A stretch of 64,000 nt of DNA from contig NMRA01000383.1 in NCBI GenBank assembly GCA_002633005.1, forward strand, positions 12,951-76,950. The letters run 5' to 3'. Numbering within the stretch: position 1 is the stretch's first letter; every line of letters begins with the position of its first letter. Positions 1-12,541 of this stretch are shown here, piece by piece. Under the pieces are notes generated by a model. The model was not told the DNA's origin, made no database searches, and worked only from the letters and a program-made list of their open reading frames with translations. Origin of the DNA: Phoronis australis. Its lineage: Eukaryota; Animalia; Phoronida. The translations under genes and the position numbers were made by a program.

Positions 1-3000
1 TAGGAAATTATAAGCTGCCTCATGGCGGCGAATCACAATATACCCTTTGTAAATTCTTGCGCTCTGCTCGTACACAAGGTGGTAAATTTTTATATTAATA
101 AAAACTTTATTTTCTGGCCTAGAAAGAAAATTCAAAGTTCTAAAATGCTTAGATTTTCGCGAGGAATTCGGTTAGGCAGGTAGATTTTTAAAATAAACTT
201 TATTTTTTTTGCCAATAGTCGACAGGCACGTAGTTTTATGGCATAATGAGGTGTCATTAAAGGATTACGTACGTGACCAAGCAGCCCAGGCAGCTGGACT
301 GAATTCAATGGGCTATTGTGTTCGCATTAGCAAACTCCAACCGTCGGACGAAGGCCGTCCGACGGTCAATTTTCAGCTGGAAAGGGTTCCTCATGAATAA
401 CGAAATACTCTGAAAAAGACTAGTTTTCTGGTTTTTGCTCATTTTGAATTCATTTGCTATGCAAATTTCATTTCTTAGTATTATTTCAAAATCTTTTGGA
501 GCAAAATGAACATGTTCACTAAACCACAGTAATTCTTGAAGTGTTTTGTCATTTTCAAGGTAATAAGTTGCTCTCTTTTTAAAACATCACTTGTTCAACT
601 TAGCTTCAGGGGCAAAAATGTCCTGTCACAAGTCAAAAAAAAAAAGTCGATGGTGAATTTTTCAATTTTTGTTGTTCTTGTTCGAACAAAATATAATAAT
701 TTGTGGTTTTGTGTCTATGCCATGTTGTTAACCTACTTGCAAAGGACTCTCCATCTTGTTTAAAGAACACTGTGAGCTATGGATTCCCAAATATAGTTGT
801 CTAAACTTGCCATTTTCTGTGGCCTGAAATTTCTGGGTGCCGTTTGCTGAACAAAAGGCCATTTTTGAGGCTCTAAAATTCAAATAACGCGAGAACCACC
901 GAACCGATTTGAAAAATTCAAAAAGTTGTATAAACGGCATGTCTAAAGCTATCATTTAACCCTCTTTTCAAGTGTTTCTGATGAAATTTGTATTTGGGTT
1001 TGCTCACCCTACTGTAACGGGGGCGGTATCTATGACCAAGGCGCCCCGATTTTACGAGCCCGGTGCGGACTGAGGGTGATGTTGAAAACTAAAAGTTGGC
1101 GAATAATACATAGGTTTATTGTAAGAATATATGACTACAATATTTCACACTTACAAGNTTTCTGGGTTTGTTATTATTTCTTTGTATGTTCTGTGTATCC
1201 TTCAATAAATATATATCACAGTGAAAAAAAAAATTGTAGAGCCATTGTTAGGAAGGCTTTGTCCTCCTGAGCGACAGCGAGTAACTGGGGAAGGGAAGCG
1301 GTCGCTCTCTGAGCAGGCTGACCCTCATACGGTACTCAGCTTATTTTGACACGGTAATACTGGTTTTTGCTCAGTGAAATGAATTTATTGAAGGCTCTAC
1401 GGGCTCCCCTACCCAATTACTTTTCCTACATGTGTGATCTCGTTAAAAACGCCCAAAATTACTCAGACGTGTGAGGTGTGGTTTGCCATGATCGTACTCC
1501 ATTATAAAAAGCATGTCGAGACTTGACTTCCGATTTCAGAGTAAAATTAAAAGCTGTAATCCTATATTGAAACAGCCAGGCTATATAATTAATTTATGAT
1601 AGGCCAGTCAACAGAATACATAAACCCACTGAATAACGGAAGCCATGACAAGCGCGTATCTCGCACTTTCTTTTTGTCAGTGTAGTGTATTTAGTTTAGG
1701 GGAGCAGGTATTGGATTTGAACTGCGGGTTTCAGTCGTGGTTGTTAGTCCAGGACTGAGGTCTAGAGGAGTCGATGCTGGAGTTTAATCGTTCCTTGATA
1801 ACGGATAAATGTTTTGTTGCTCGACTCCTGAATCAACAGTTGATCCAGTCGAGGAAGGGTGTGTACAAAAAGGCCTACTTTGATTGGTCGATACAGTCGG
1901 TAACATAAACATCTAGGTCATTTAAAGCAGTAACGCCGAGGTTAACCTAAATCTATTGAATCGGTTTACAAAAAGTTATGCGACGGCCATTTTTAACATC
2001 ATTGGTTTTGGAACGTAGCCGCTCTGTTTAGCTTTCATCATTACGGACCAGGTAACCGAATATTTGCGCCAACTCATAAGTGAAAGCAACTGGCCTCTCC
2101 CATCGATCAGTCAGATTCAAGTTAGGTGTGTCCTGAGAGCGGACGTTGACCCGAGTGCTAAACACTCACAGGGTCCCAATTAGCCAAGGGCCGCCACGGC
2201 GGGAGATATTTTGTAAGTATTTCATATGGTTACCATGGCTTTACATGAAAAATATAGATGCGAAATAGAATTTACACGTAGGCCTCATCAATTGAAACGA
2301 CTTGGTGAGCGCCGCATACGTGACTTAGTCTGTAAGTCATGTTGAGTGTGTACCGTACGATATATAGACCAGCTACTCAGTATGGACCTACGGCCAGGAG
2401 AGGAAGAATAAGATTCGAAAATAAATGTACAACGCATCTTGACAACAAAATCCAAAGCCACAGTTATATAGGACGATGGACAGCATAAGTGCGTATATAA
2501 GGAGAAAGACTGGTTCAAAACTAGTGACCTCAAGTTCCATTTCGAAATTTTGCACAAGCAAGGGGTACCCAAGTTTCTCTTTATTCCTGCCTCCATGGGG
2601 TTTGTCCAACGCGCCCCACAAACAGAGAAGTCCGCACGCCTACGGGAGGTGCGACAATGCGATAACCCGTCCGACAGGGAGAGGGGAGGGAGGGCGGGGG
2701 AGGCAAAGATTGATCTCGACCTCGGGGCGAAACTGAGTAGTGGCGGAAGCAAAACTAAGCAAATTAACCCTCCTACGCCTTCTTCATGTCCTCAGTCACT
2801 AACTCAAATGGATGCAGTGGTTCACTGAATCGTCAAGTTTTACTGAGTTCCCCATTCTTGCTATAAGGCCGAGAGTAAAAGGCTAAACCATACGCCGCCC
2901 TGTGTACCAATGGTACTTCATTGTCAGTGAATAATCGTTTAGTTTTACACATGGACTGTTCTGTTATTAAGGTTTGTAACACTGAAGATTTCAAATGAGT

Positions 3001-3009
3001 TTCTGAAAC

Positions 3010-6000
3010 ATGGAGACGAGGAAGCCGTCTGAGTACAGCAGAGATGAAGTGTCCTTACACGACTGTCCAAGGTCCTGCTGGCTCGTAATCAATGATAAAG
3101 TCTTTGATGTCACCTCGTTTCTTAAAGACGTAAGTATTTTTATTGTAGTCCAACTTGCATTGGCAGGGGCGGATCCAGGATTTTGAGTTGGGGGGGGGCA
3201 TGCAGGGCAGAGTATTAGTCATGGTTTTGCCCGTCAGACATTCGCATCCCCGAACTGACAAATGGAATCTGGAAGAATTTTAGGGGGCCATGGTCGCCTT
3301 GGCCCCCCTCTAAATCCGCCACTGATTAGCTCCCCCACCCCTACAAACAGCATTTGCACTCCAGTCCCTGCTCACGCGTGTCTTCTAGCTGTCTGCGCAC
3401 AGAACTTTTCTCTGACGCCCTAATCCCCTCTCACGAACACAAATTTACACTTACCAAAACGATTTCGCTTTTCAGACAATTTTTTTTGTTTCAAATCAAC
3501 ATGGTTCCCCGGCGACTGTCCGCATTGCTAGTTCTCTGTTCACGGACAACCCCGTCGAGCGAGCTGCGCTGGACTATTTTCGTGTTAAGCTCTCACCTTT
3601 CACACTGTTTCCATAAATTATTTGCATAACATTACATGTGAATGTTATCCAGTTTATCAAATTTCTTTGGAAAACATCGATAGTTTACCAATGAATGTGT
3701 TCACGTGATTACTGCATACGAAGACAACCGACATGTACTACTGAACGCAAAGTGAGTTCTGTGGTAGTTTCACTGTATCCTTAATAGGAGTACGGTATTG
3801 TCATCAGCATGGACGGCGCAGCACTGAAATAAGCGGGGGCAATATAGCCGGCAACCCGCCCCTCTGGTGCGCCGCCCATGTCCATGGGCGATACAGCATA
3901 CAGCATACAGCACCGAAATATATGGGGGGGAGCGGCTATAGACCCCCATCCTCCTATGGTGCGCCACCCATTAAAAATCAGAACAGTAAATAAACATCAC
4001 AAAAATTCCCCTCCAAGTAAAATACAACGCGAAATTCCCCTCTTAGTAAAAAACGCCGCTAAAGTTCCCCTTTTAGAATGCAAAGGCACCTTTCCCCTCA
4101 GGTGAGTGTTGGCTCTGTTAACATTGTCAGAATATGAATATTTAATTTGTTTTTTGTTTATTGTTTGTTGATTAAAGTAGATTAAAGGAGAATGTCCCCC
4201 AAAAACAACCTATTTTGTATCAATTTATATCGAGTAGTACAACTCGATAACGGCACGTTCGGTTGCGTTACCTGACACCTGACGGCAGACGGAGGTGTTG
4301 AAATTATCCAATGACGTCATTGGTTTCACACGCAGTCTGTTCAGCATTTCGCAACACGGGTTAGTGGTGTCAGCTCATCGCTTGAATACATCGTTTAACA
4401 CCAATAAATCATCAAACTTCGATGTAAAACACTTAAAAACACACCGAGTTCTTATATAAACGTGTTGTTTAATTTCGCTGTTACGGATTTATTGGTATTT
4501 GGCACCCCCGGTAGCCTACAAAGTTCGGCAGTCCAATTTACCGGTCATTGCCGGCATCAAAAGCCGGTAACGCAGTGGTTTATTCATTACTGGCTTCTCA
4601 ACATTTGCACTCACGAATACTGCAAAGGCATTGAAAAATGTATCTAATGAGACAGACTTTGTTTCAGTTTTATATAAGCATTGGTTAGGATGAGAATAAT
4701 TCATTTTGAAACAGAACGCAGACTCGTCTAGTACATGGCAACTCGCCCGGCGCCAATCCCGACTTAGTCAAGAGCTCATCCGACGAAGACTTCACGGGTC
4801 GGATCGTCATGTTTCACAAGCTATCAGTTCCAACCGGAAAACACTGATCAAGAAGTACTAGAGAGGCGCCGTGAACATGCAACGGAACGTATGGCTAGTT
4901 GTTTGGTAAGCCGGAATTCGTCAGAGAAATCACTGTCGACGAAATGCCGGCCACAGACACGGCCTCATACTTGCTATAAACAGCGTACATTTCGTTCTTC
5001 ACTACCGCGAGCCACTTCCTAAGCATTTTGGGCTCTTGAGGAAGTCGAAAAAACGATATACCCGCTTTCTTCGCAGCTTCATAGTTCGGAACAATGCACC
5101 GCACTATAGCGGCATTCCCTTTGCAGACGAACCACTGACGTCGCTGCGTCGTTTCTCACCTTCCTCACTGGTTAACGCGACACCTCTCGACAAGGTGACT
5201 GAGGTCGACCGTATAAGAGAATGTGGATATACACCGATGAACATGGTAAAAAAGTCTAATTAAATCGGGTGGCATTCTCCTTTGAGGGGGAATGTAATAT
5301 ATTACAATTAGAGTATTCACGGTTGATTTGTGAACAGATTTTTGTGGCAGGTTATGTGAAGTGGCCTGAGAGGAGGGAACAGCGTGCGAGGGTATGGAAT
5401 AGCTCTCGCGGACAAGGGTTGGTACTCCATAATTACACATTATACCTACATTCTCAAATTTGATAGATTGTGCTGTATCACGTTGGCAGCAACTTTGCTG
5501 CAAAGGTGGAGAACGAATTCATTCGGTACACTTATGACAATTTCGTTGCCTCACTCCACTCGGGAAGTGAAAGCTATCTGCGTATGTGCAGATTTCTGTT
5601 ATGCGACATGTCACATGACTTTCAAACGATCAATTGACCTTATAACTGAATTTCGCACATGCCCAAATAATGCACACCTCCGTCCAAGTGGAGAATGACT
5701 GGTTAATCTCCATTCATGTCTAGTGCTTCAATGAACTAATGCCATATTTTTTCAGCACCCTGGAGGACAAGATATCATTCTAGAATATGGCGGAATGGAT
5801 GCAACTTCAGCTTTCCTTTCCAAGGGACATAGCAGTGACGCAACAGCTCTTCTTAAAGACTATTGTATAGGGAATTTAAAAAAGGTTGTTTTTTTTACTC
5901 CACCAGCTTAGTTTTTCAACCGTATCAGCGTTGTGTTCGTACATTGTTTTACTGGTACGCTCAAATAAATATTTTTACCACAGTAAAGGATTCTCGCGAG

Positions 6001-6589
6001 ATAATCACATCGGTTCATTAAGCTGTTAGGCCTAATGTTGTTGAATTGTCAAAAGTTTGACACTGGCGAAGCTAGGGTGCCGTAATCATGGGGGGCTGGG
6101 TGGGGGCTATAGCCCCACTTATTTCAGTGCTGCACCGCCCATGGTAATGGGTTCAGCCACAATTATCAAAAGGAAAGTTTCGTGTTACCCCTAAAAGTAG
6201 CTTCATTGGCCGCGTCTTTTGGTCATGTCCTCAGGGGGCCCTCCTTCTACATGAATACCATAAAGTTACCATTACCTATGCGTAGACGAAAGGCTGTTGT
6301 ATGGAACAAAGACTTTTGAACCTATCAGATCACCATGTGTAGGGCAATGTGTTTTTAAAATATTATCAAGGAGTGTAATGCAATTTCGCTACACTCCTTG
6401 ATATTATTTAGCAGTATTTAAGGCATGTAATGAAATGACAATTGCATTGGGAGGTTCAAAAACTTCGCTCACACGTGCCAGTTCAGTTTGGATAATTTTT
6501 GATGTTCCAGATCTCTATGCTTTCAGGAATGCCAAGAATATGTCGGCAGTAACGAAATCACGCAGGGCGTCAACAAAGCCATCACATGA
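3010..6589 (+). CDS. Cytochrome b5-like heme-binding protein, ~103 aa, 3 coding exons (3010-3129, 5756-5884, 6527-6589)
   Basis: Exon 1 reads METRKPSEYSRDEVSLHDCPRSCWLVINDKVFDVTSFLKD|GTAAGT, with an in-frame TGA at 3004 before the ATG. Exon 2 reads TTTCAG|HPGGQDIILEYGGMDATSAFLSKGHSSDATALLKDYCIGNLKK|GT and holds both heme-ligand His motifs (HPGG, GHS). Exon 3 (ECQEYVGSNEITQGVNKAIT*) rests on splice signals only and is less certain. Confidence 0.88.
3164..3324. mobile_element. MITE-like element (~160 bp) in cytochrome b5 intron 1
   Basis: Terminal inverted repeats CAGGGGCGGATCCAGG ... CTCTAAATCCGCCACTG with internal G/C tracts. Confidence 0.65.
3808..3971. mobile_element. Short MITE-like family, two adjacent fragments; inverted relative at ~6088-6143
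   Basis: CATGG(A/G)CG...CAGCAC(T/C)GAAATA...GGGGG...CTATAG occurs at ~3808 and ~3883. Its reverse complement GGGGGCTATAGCCCCACTTATTTCAGTGCTGCACCGCCCATG is at ~6103-6143. Confidence 0.5.
4186..5281 (-). mobile_element. Kolobok-like non-autonomous DNA transposon (~1.1 kb) with THAP-domain remnant
   Basis: TTAA|AGGAGAATGTCCCCC ... GGGTGGCATTCTCCT|TTGA gives ~15-bp imperfect TIRs with AG..CT ends and a TTAA/TTGA target. It contains a decayed THAP coding remnant and the perfect palindrome CCAATGACGTCATTGG (4308-4323). Confidence 0.7.
4870..5107 (-). pseudogene. Degenerate THAP zinc-finger domain (transposase N-terminus)
   Basis: VRCIVPNY...ISFFRLPQEPKMLRKWLAVV, then after a frameshift RVCGRHFVDSDF. 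This matches the THAP consensus (CxVPxC, FxFP, W, VCxxHF), with the second Cys changed to Tyr. Confidence 0.75.
6365..6402. repeat. 13-bp perfect-stem hairpin
   Basis: ATCAAGGAGTGTA-N12-TACACTCCTTGAT. Confidence 0.6.
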
Positions 6590-6699
6590 CTACCTAATGA
6601 CGAGATGTCAAGCGTCACGTGATATCACAACGTTTCGATTATGCAGTAGCTTATTTACATATATGATGGGCACGAGCTGTTTTACAACATCTCTTGTGA

Positions 6700-7405
6700 C
6701 GCTTTTTATTGCCCATCTTACCAGACATTACCAATTATACGTTATTTACCTGTATTCATTATATTGTAATTGTACTGGTCATAATATATGACCTTATATC
6801 GCCTACTCCGTCTCCTTTTCATCTCTGGTAACGAGCTTGCGACGCACGTATCATTTATCTATTATTCGGGACATATGTCGATCGTAAATGGTATTTCACT
6901 CGTTAAATATATTTACGTGAGCATATGGACCCGTCTTACTCCTTTTCCCCCTCATTTCGGTCTATTCCATTATTCCTTTGTGTTGTACTACGCGTCGTTT
7001 TCCCAGCCTTCGTATTGGTCTTTTGTTAGCACGTGCCTCGAGTTTGGTCAGCTTTTGGCTCTTATAGGCTGATGATTGTCACGTGTCCTTAGGGGTGTTT
7101 TCTTTGTTATTGTAACCTCGCTTTCAGTTCACCTTTGTTCCGGCCACATTGTCGTACGTTCAGAACTTATTCAATTTTTTCACCCTCTACCGTCATTCTA
7201 TCGTACTTCCACGTGGCCGGCGCTTTTTTACTGCCCACCTTACCAGAGATTACCAATTATACGTTATTTACGTGTATTCATTATATTGTAATTGTACAAG
7301 TCATAATAAATGACCTTATATCGCCTACCTCCGTCTCCTTTTCATCTCTGGTAACGAGCTTGCGACGCGCGTATCATTTATCTATTATTCGGGACATATG
7401 TCGAT
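6700..7405. repeat. ~183-bp direct repeat pair (6700-6882, 7221-7405)
   Basis: Near-identical blocks from CGCTTTTT(T)A..TTACCAGA to GGGACATATGTCGAT, about 521 bp apart. Confidence 0.85.
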
Positions 7406-7634
7406 TACAAATATATTTAGTATACAGCTTTGTAGCAAGGCTACAGAATCCGTAGAAATGCGGCAACGTACCTGCAATAACGCTACAACAGGCATATTTG
7501 CCGAAGCTGTCATCAACGGTGGCACTTTTAACATCTTCGTGAAAACAGACGACGTCTAGGCTACGCGCTCCGGTAAATGACCTATTTTCATGAATGAGTG
7601 CAGCTACCCGATGAGGATTTTACAATGTTATAAA

Positions 7635-7975
7635 TATTCTTGTTATTCAATTATTTTCGAAATATGAAACTGTTTTCTTTTACTATAGTAAGTTAGCAAC
7701 ATAACGCGTACGTGCATACACAACAGGTTGTGATTAGCTACGTAAACAGCCAGGGTACGTGAAGTATGATTTATAAAATGCCGAATAAAAACAAAAGAAA
7801 CTCACGAATTCGATGCGTATGGGATAAATACAAAACGTACCTCGAGTGGCGTAGATGAAATAATATCCCACGAGACATTATTCCGCGGAATTTCGGTCAC
7901 GGTCGATACGCGGAATAATGTCTCGTGGGATATTATTTCATCTACGCCACGCTTTTCGGTACGTTTTGTGTATGT
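7635..7975. mobile_element. Interspersed repeat ending in a 42-bp perfect palindrome
   Basis: Arms 7846-7887 and 7909-7950 are exact reverse complements, with extra pairing ACAAAACGTACC/GGTACGTTTTGT outside them. An inverted relative lies at 15220-15510. Confidence 0.75.
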
Positions 7976-10913
7976 ATATAGCTTCATTTGTTGAAATTAT
8001 GTAGTCCGATCACACTTAGCGATCTGTCGCTCACTTGGTCGACTTCCAGGGAAATTATATACCTCAGTGGTGTTTGTAGACCTAAAAGAATGAGCGTTAT
8101 TTTTATTTCCAAACAATATTATAACCTTCTTTATAGTATTGCCATATCATATACAAGGTTTACATGCTTTGTAATCAGAAGGCGGGTCGCACGTCTGATC
8201 TCCAGTATGAAAAACCCATGTGAACGCTCGTCATACAGCTGAACTGCCTTTTCACATTCCTGTGTGATTAGTCCTAGCCAAAGGTGATAGCAGTCCGATC
8301 ACAAGCGAAATCGGACGTACTCCGTTGTCCAAGTCTCCCTACTCATAAAATTCATTGCGCCACAGGTATGAACAAGAAAGCATAGTTGGTTCTGGTTTTT
8401 TGAAAATGGAGTCGGGTTTGTTGCGGCATTTTTAGTTCTTTACTTTTTAATAAAGGAAAATCCGTAAGGAAAGCAAAAAGACTGCGGGATTTGTTTATTT
8501 ACACATAACTTGACAAATCATGGGGTTTCAAACTTACGTGTCTTTGAGCTGCTTTTCAAAAAGGCGCAATTCTGGGTAGAAACTAGAACCAACTGTTGTT
8601 TGACTTGAGCGCATCTGGTTCTGGTCTACCGCCTGAGGTACATTTTCTAACAAGGTGGGTTGGCATCTTGTCAGCAATTACCTCTTTCATAGACTTAACC
8701 CCGGCCGATCGCCTGAGCCGAGTACATCCAATCGCGTCAGTTCTGCCTCGCTGATTAAGCTGTGGAAAAATACTCCCACACCACTTCAGCGTCGTATCAC
8801 GTGACTTTACTGCATTACCGCATCAATGTTCCAGAAACAAACACCAAAACAGAACCAATTACGCTTTTTTGAAAAGATTTATCTTGTTAGCTGCCACTGT
8901 TGCCGGTAAACAGCACAACAACCACGTGACTAAGCCTTGGAGGAGCACTACTAGCATAAAAATCAGTCTTTCAATTAAAAAAACACCAGAATTTGTAGTC
9001 TGTTTTCTTACATTGATGTGACGAGTTCAGCGTGACTTCTGGGCCAAGGGTCTGATCTTCTTCACGGTATACTCGAAATCGAACCCGAAACTATTTTGTG
9101 CGAAGATGAAAACAAGTGTCTGGTATTCTGTGCTCAAGCAAATTGTGGTTTTCGTGGATGACTGTCTAATTTTAGTATGCACTTGATGACCCAGGCGTAA
9201 CGCTTTAAGTTCGAGTATGAACCGAAAATTTCGAGTTTTTACTTGAATTCTCAAGTTTATAGTTCGACTGACTTTACGGCCGGGCTACCAACTGCGACCT
9301 TGGTCCAGACACTTATCAGCATACGTTCACATACTCGAGGTGATACAAACAAACACTTACCGTGATTTTACACAAGAATCAAAGGGAAAATGTCGGAAAT
9401 AATTTCGAATTCGATTTCGAGTAAAAAGATTAGAGACTCCTGACTATTCAAGTAGCCAGGTATCGGAATCTTGTAGTGGTAGGCCCTACTATTCTTCTGC
9501 GAATGCGGAAGGCATAGCTTGTGTTGCAAAGAAACGCGAAAACTAGTAACTAAAATTATGGTAACTTTTTGAGTGCATGTTCACTACAAACACCCGCTGG
9601 TGTCGAGAAAGGGGGCAGGGGAACCACAGCCCCGGGCCCGAGTGAGTCAAAGAGATCGGTGAATTAAAAAAGCAAAAGAAAACGGAACAATAAAAATAAA
9701 TTTCTTCAAAGGACTTGGGCCATTCGGCTTCAGTTTTACTAAGACGAAGGGTACAGATTCAGAACTAGCTAGAAGGTTTAAGAATCTCTCGGCTCATTTG
9801 TGACTCCAACCGATATTACCCTAGCCTGTCAATAATGGTACAAAAGTCCAGACGAAATGTTACACCTTTGATAAATCACTACTACAAATTCAAACATGGA
9901 TTTCGGTTTCTTTTCATGTTCTACATATTTATGAAATCACTAATTCTTGAAAACGCGTAGTTTTCACAATCAATTTTTAAATTAAAATACTTTGACAGAC
10001 CGTGTGCATTCTTACACTTTGTCTCGCTGGTTCCGGCCTGCGTGTCCGCGGGGGGGGGGGGGGGGNNNNNNNTAGAGGGCAAGGAACCAGCGAGGGACCT
10101 CCTATTTCGGCATCATCAAATTAGCAACATACAAGGTTATAAATTTACCTATTTCCATATACTTAGACATAACTGAAGACATTCCAAATTAGAAAAATTT
10201 AATCAGTAGTATTTTTAGGTTGATAACTACATGAACAGCAATGCCTCACAAACAGATGCAATAATTTTTTGGAAGAGTTTATCTACATGAACCTCACCTC
10301 TACTACAAGATATCACCAAAGCAAGGCAAATGTTATGCTTAACTATAAACATCCAAGTTCACCTCTTCTTGTCTACCCAACTTCAATTGAAGACCAGGCA
10401 AGAGGATGCATAGACAAGAAAGGCACCGATGGAGAGTGGCAGTTTCATGAAGAAGGAAGGGGGGGGGGGCTTAAGAATACATAGGACCGAGAAACTTTAT
10501 ATCTTAGAAATGGCTGATCAGATTCACATGAAACTTTGGACACTGTTCTTTTGATGCACTTTTCTGACAAACACTGTTAGAATTGTTTTCAAAATATTAC
10601 ATTTATGTATGTATCAAAAATGGAACGTTTTTGATTTTCGTGAAAAGGCTTAAACGTTGCATAAAAGAAAAACTAAATAATATTTCACAAAGAAAACTGC
10701 AACAATATTTTTGAGTTCTTATCTTAGATTAGAACATTTATATGAACCAAAACTTGGTCATGATTTTGATATCTTGTTTTGGTATGAATGTACCTTTCCT
10801 TTTTGTTAGTTTTCTGGTCATGTGATGCAATTAATGTCAGATTAGTAAAAAGTCAATAATCAAATTCTACTGGCTTTCTACTTTCAGAAAACATGCACTT
10901 TTATAAAGTCAAA

Positions 10914-11160
10914 GGGCCTGTTCCAAGAAACTGACTTAAGTTCATTTTTGACTTAAGTTTAAGATTTGTCTTAACTTCTAAACTTTGAAACTTCCACATT
11001 CGGTAAGTCTGTCAAAATTAAGACAAAACTTCTGTTAAACACTTAAGTCAACTTAAGATCTCTTTCTTGAATTGGTTTTGAAATAAATTTAACTTTTATT
11101 TTAAAATTTACTAAAATTTAAGATTTGTCTTAGCTAAGTCAGGTTTGTTGGAACGGGTCC
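10914..11160. mobile_element. PIF/Harbinger-like MITE with internal CTTAAG repeats
   Basis: TIRs GGGCCTGTTCCAAGAAACTGACTTA ... TAAGTCAGGTTTGTTGGAACGGGTCC, with repeated (C)TTAAG and AAGATTTGTCTTA motifs inside. The superfamily is inferred from the termini. Confidence 0.65.
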
Positions 11161-11516
11161 AAAATCCATAGTTTTGTAGATATTTGGCAACATACACATA
11201 AGGCCCTATTTAATCTGAGGTCACAAATCTTATCCTATGCACTTTGCTAGTGTTGAATAAACACAGCAGGTTAGCAATAAATGAAGTCATACAAATCATT
11301 AGTCTGTAATTAGTGGTTTATTCTTAGAGACTTCATACTTTGCTGAAACAAGATTCAACTACTTTTCAGAAGTAGTTGTAATTTCAGTCACTTTTCGCTA
11401 AGACTCAATCATGACTGATTTCATCTAAGTATAATGTATTTGTACATCTCACAGATGGCATAGGGATGAAAAAAATCGGGTAAAAAGAGAACTAAACCAG
11501 AGTAATTTGCTACACT

Positions 11517-11572
11517 ATGCATTCGACTCTGATGCATGTGACTCTGATGCATGTGACTCTGATACATGTGAC
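11517..11572. repeat. 15-bp tandem repeat (~4 copies) in probable MPPE1 3' UTR
   Basis: ATGCATGTGACTCTG repeated. Confidence 0.75.
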
Positions 11573-12541
11573 TGACCAAGATCATACCCATCAAAAGGAA
11601 CATTCACTAACACACTTCTCAAGGGGCTAGATTAGGGGTAGAGATGAAGAAACCAATAGTTTAGTAAACATCTCAACAGCCATTGCAAAAGGGTTTCTTA
11701 TGGTAATCACATTGGCAGCTGTTTCATGTGACTGATTAGATGGTGGAACCAGCTTGTGTGTTTATTATTCCCAAACAGTTGGGGCAATAGTCAGATACAA
11801 CATGACCACATTCTGAGAACCAGTTTGATGCTCATTATTCAGTCGAGAAAACTGGTTCTCAAAATGCAAGCACTGTATATCTGACTGTTGCCGCAGTTGG
11901 TGAGCCAGTTCAATCAAGCATGGCTGGTAACCTATTTCTTGGTAATCACACCATTTGGGCACAACACTACCAGCTAAAACACCTCATACACTCAATCACA
12001 TGCATATTTATTAAGTCGTCCATCTTTGAACAATGTCACAATCAAAGTACTGGAACTGAAAAGGTATCTCCAAGAACGGTGATTTTGTTTGGTTCAAAAT
12101 AAACCCAATTAACTTGCTTTATCCACTCGCTCCACATTTTCTCGTCTTTGATGTTGAGAAGGTGAAGAACTAAACATCACACATCCACAGGTATTTGTCA
12201 AGTTTATCCGGCTTTCTCACGATGGAGTTGCAGCCCACAGCACATCAATCTTCATTGCCATTGGAAGAATGAACAGAGTAACGTAGCCAATAAAAACAAG
12301 ATTATGACAACAAAGAACATATGGACCTCAAATGGAATGAAAACGCCAGGTTACATAAGTGCTTGCCGGATATTGTGTCACTGTGGGCAAATACAGCAAG
12401 ATTTGAGTGTTGCTGTATAATCGAGGGCGATCCTTTTGGTGAGGCTGGTATGCCATGACCAAGCAAAGCAGTTAGTCAAGACATTGGCAAGAGACAAGGT
12501 TACAGCACACGGTAACACATTTCAACATCAACCAAAGCACA

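Noticed and set aside
1-1010. DNA-transposon fragments at the window start
   Set aside because: The sequence looks repeat-like, but no paired termini, TSD or second copy could be shown within the window.
1076-1270. ORF with WRIIH..IYDY, resembling a cytochrome b5 N-terminus
   Set aside because: The true exon 1 at 3010-3129 fits far better; spacing here is wrong and the match is probably chance.
2288-2828. Overlapping 77-154 aa ORFs
   Set aside because: No recognisable domain; locally GC-richer sequence upstream of the b5 start.
12250-12350. Short hydrophobic minus-strand ORF in the MPPE1 3' UTR as an alternative TM exon
   Set aside because: An in-frame stop lies just upstream, there is no convincing acceptor, and T-rich UTR sequence gives such peptides by chance.
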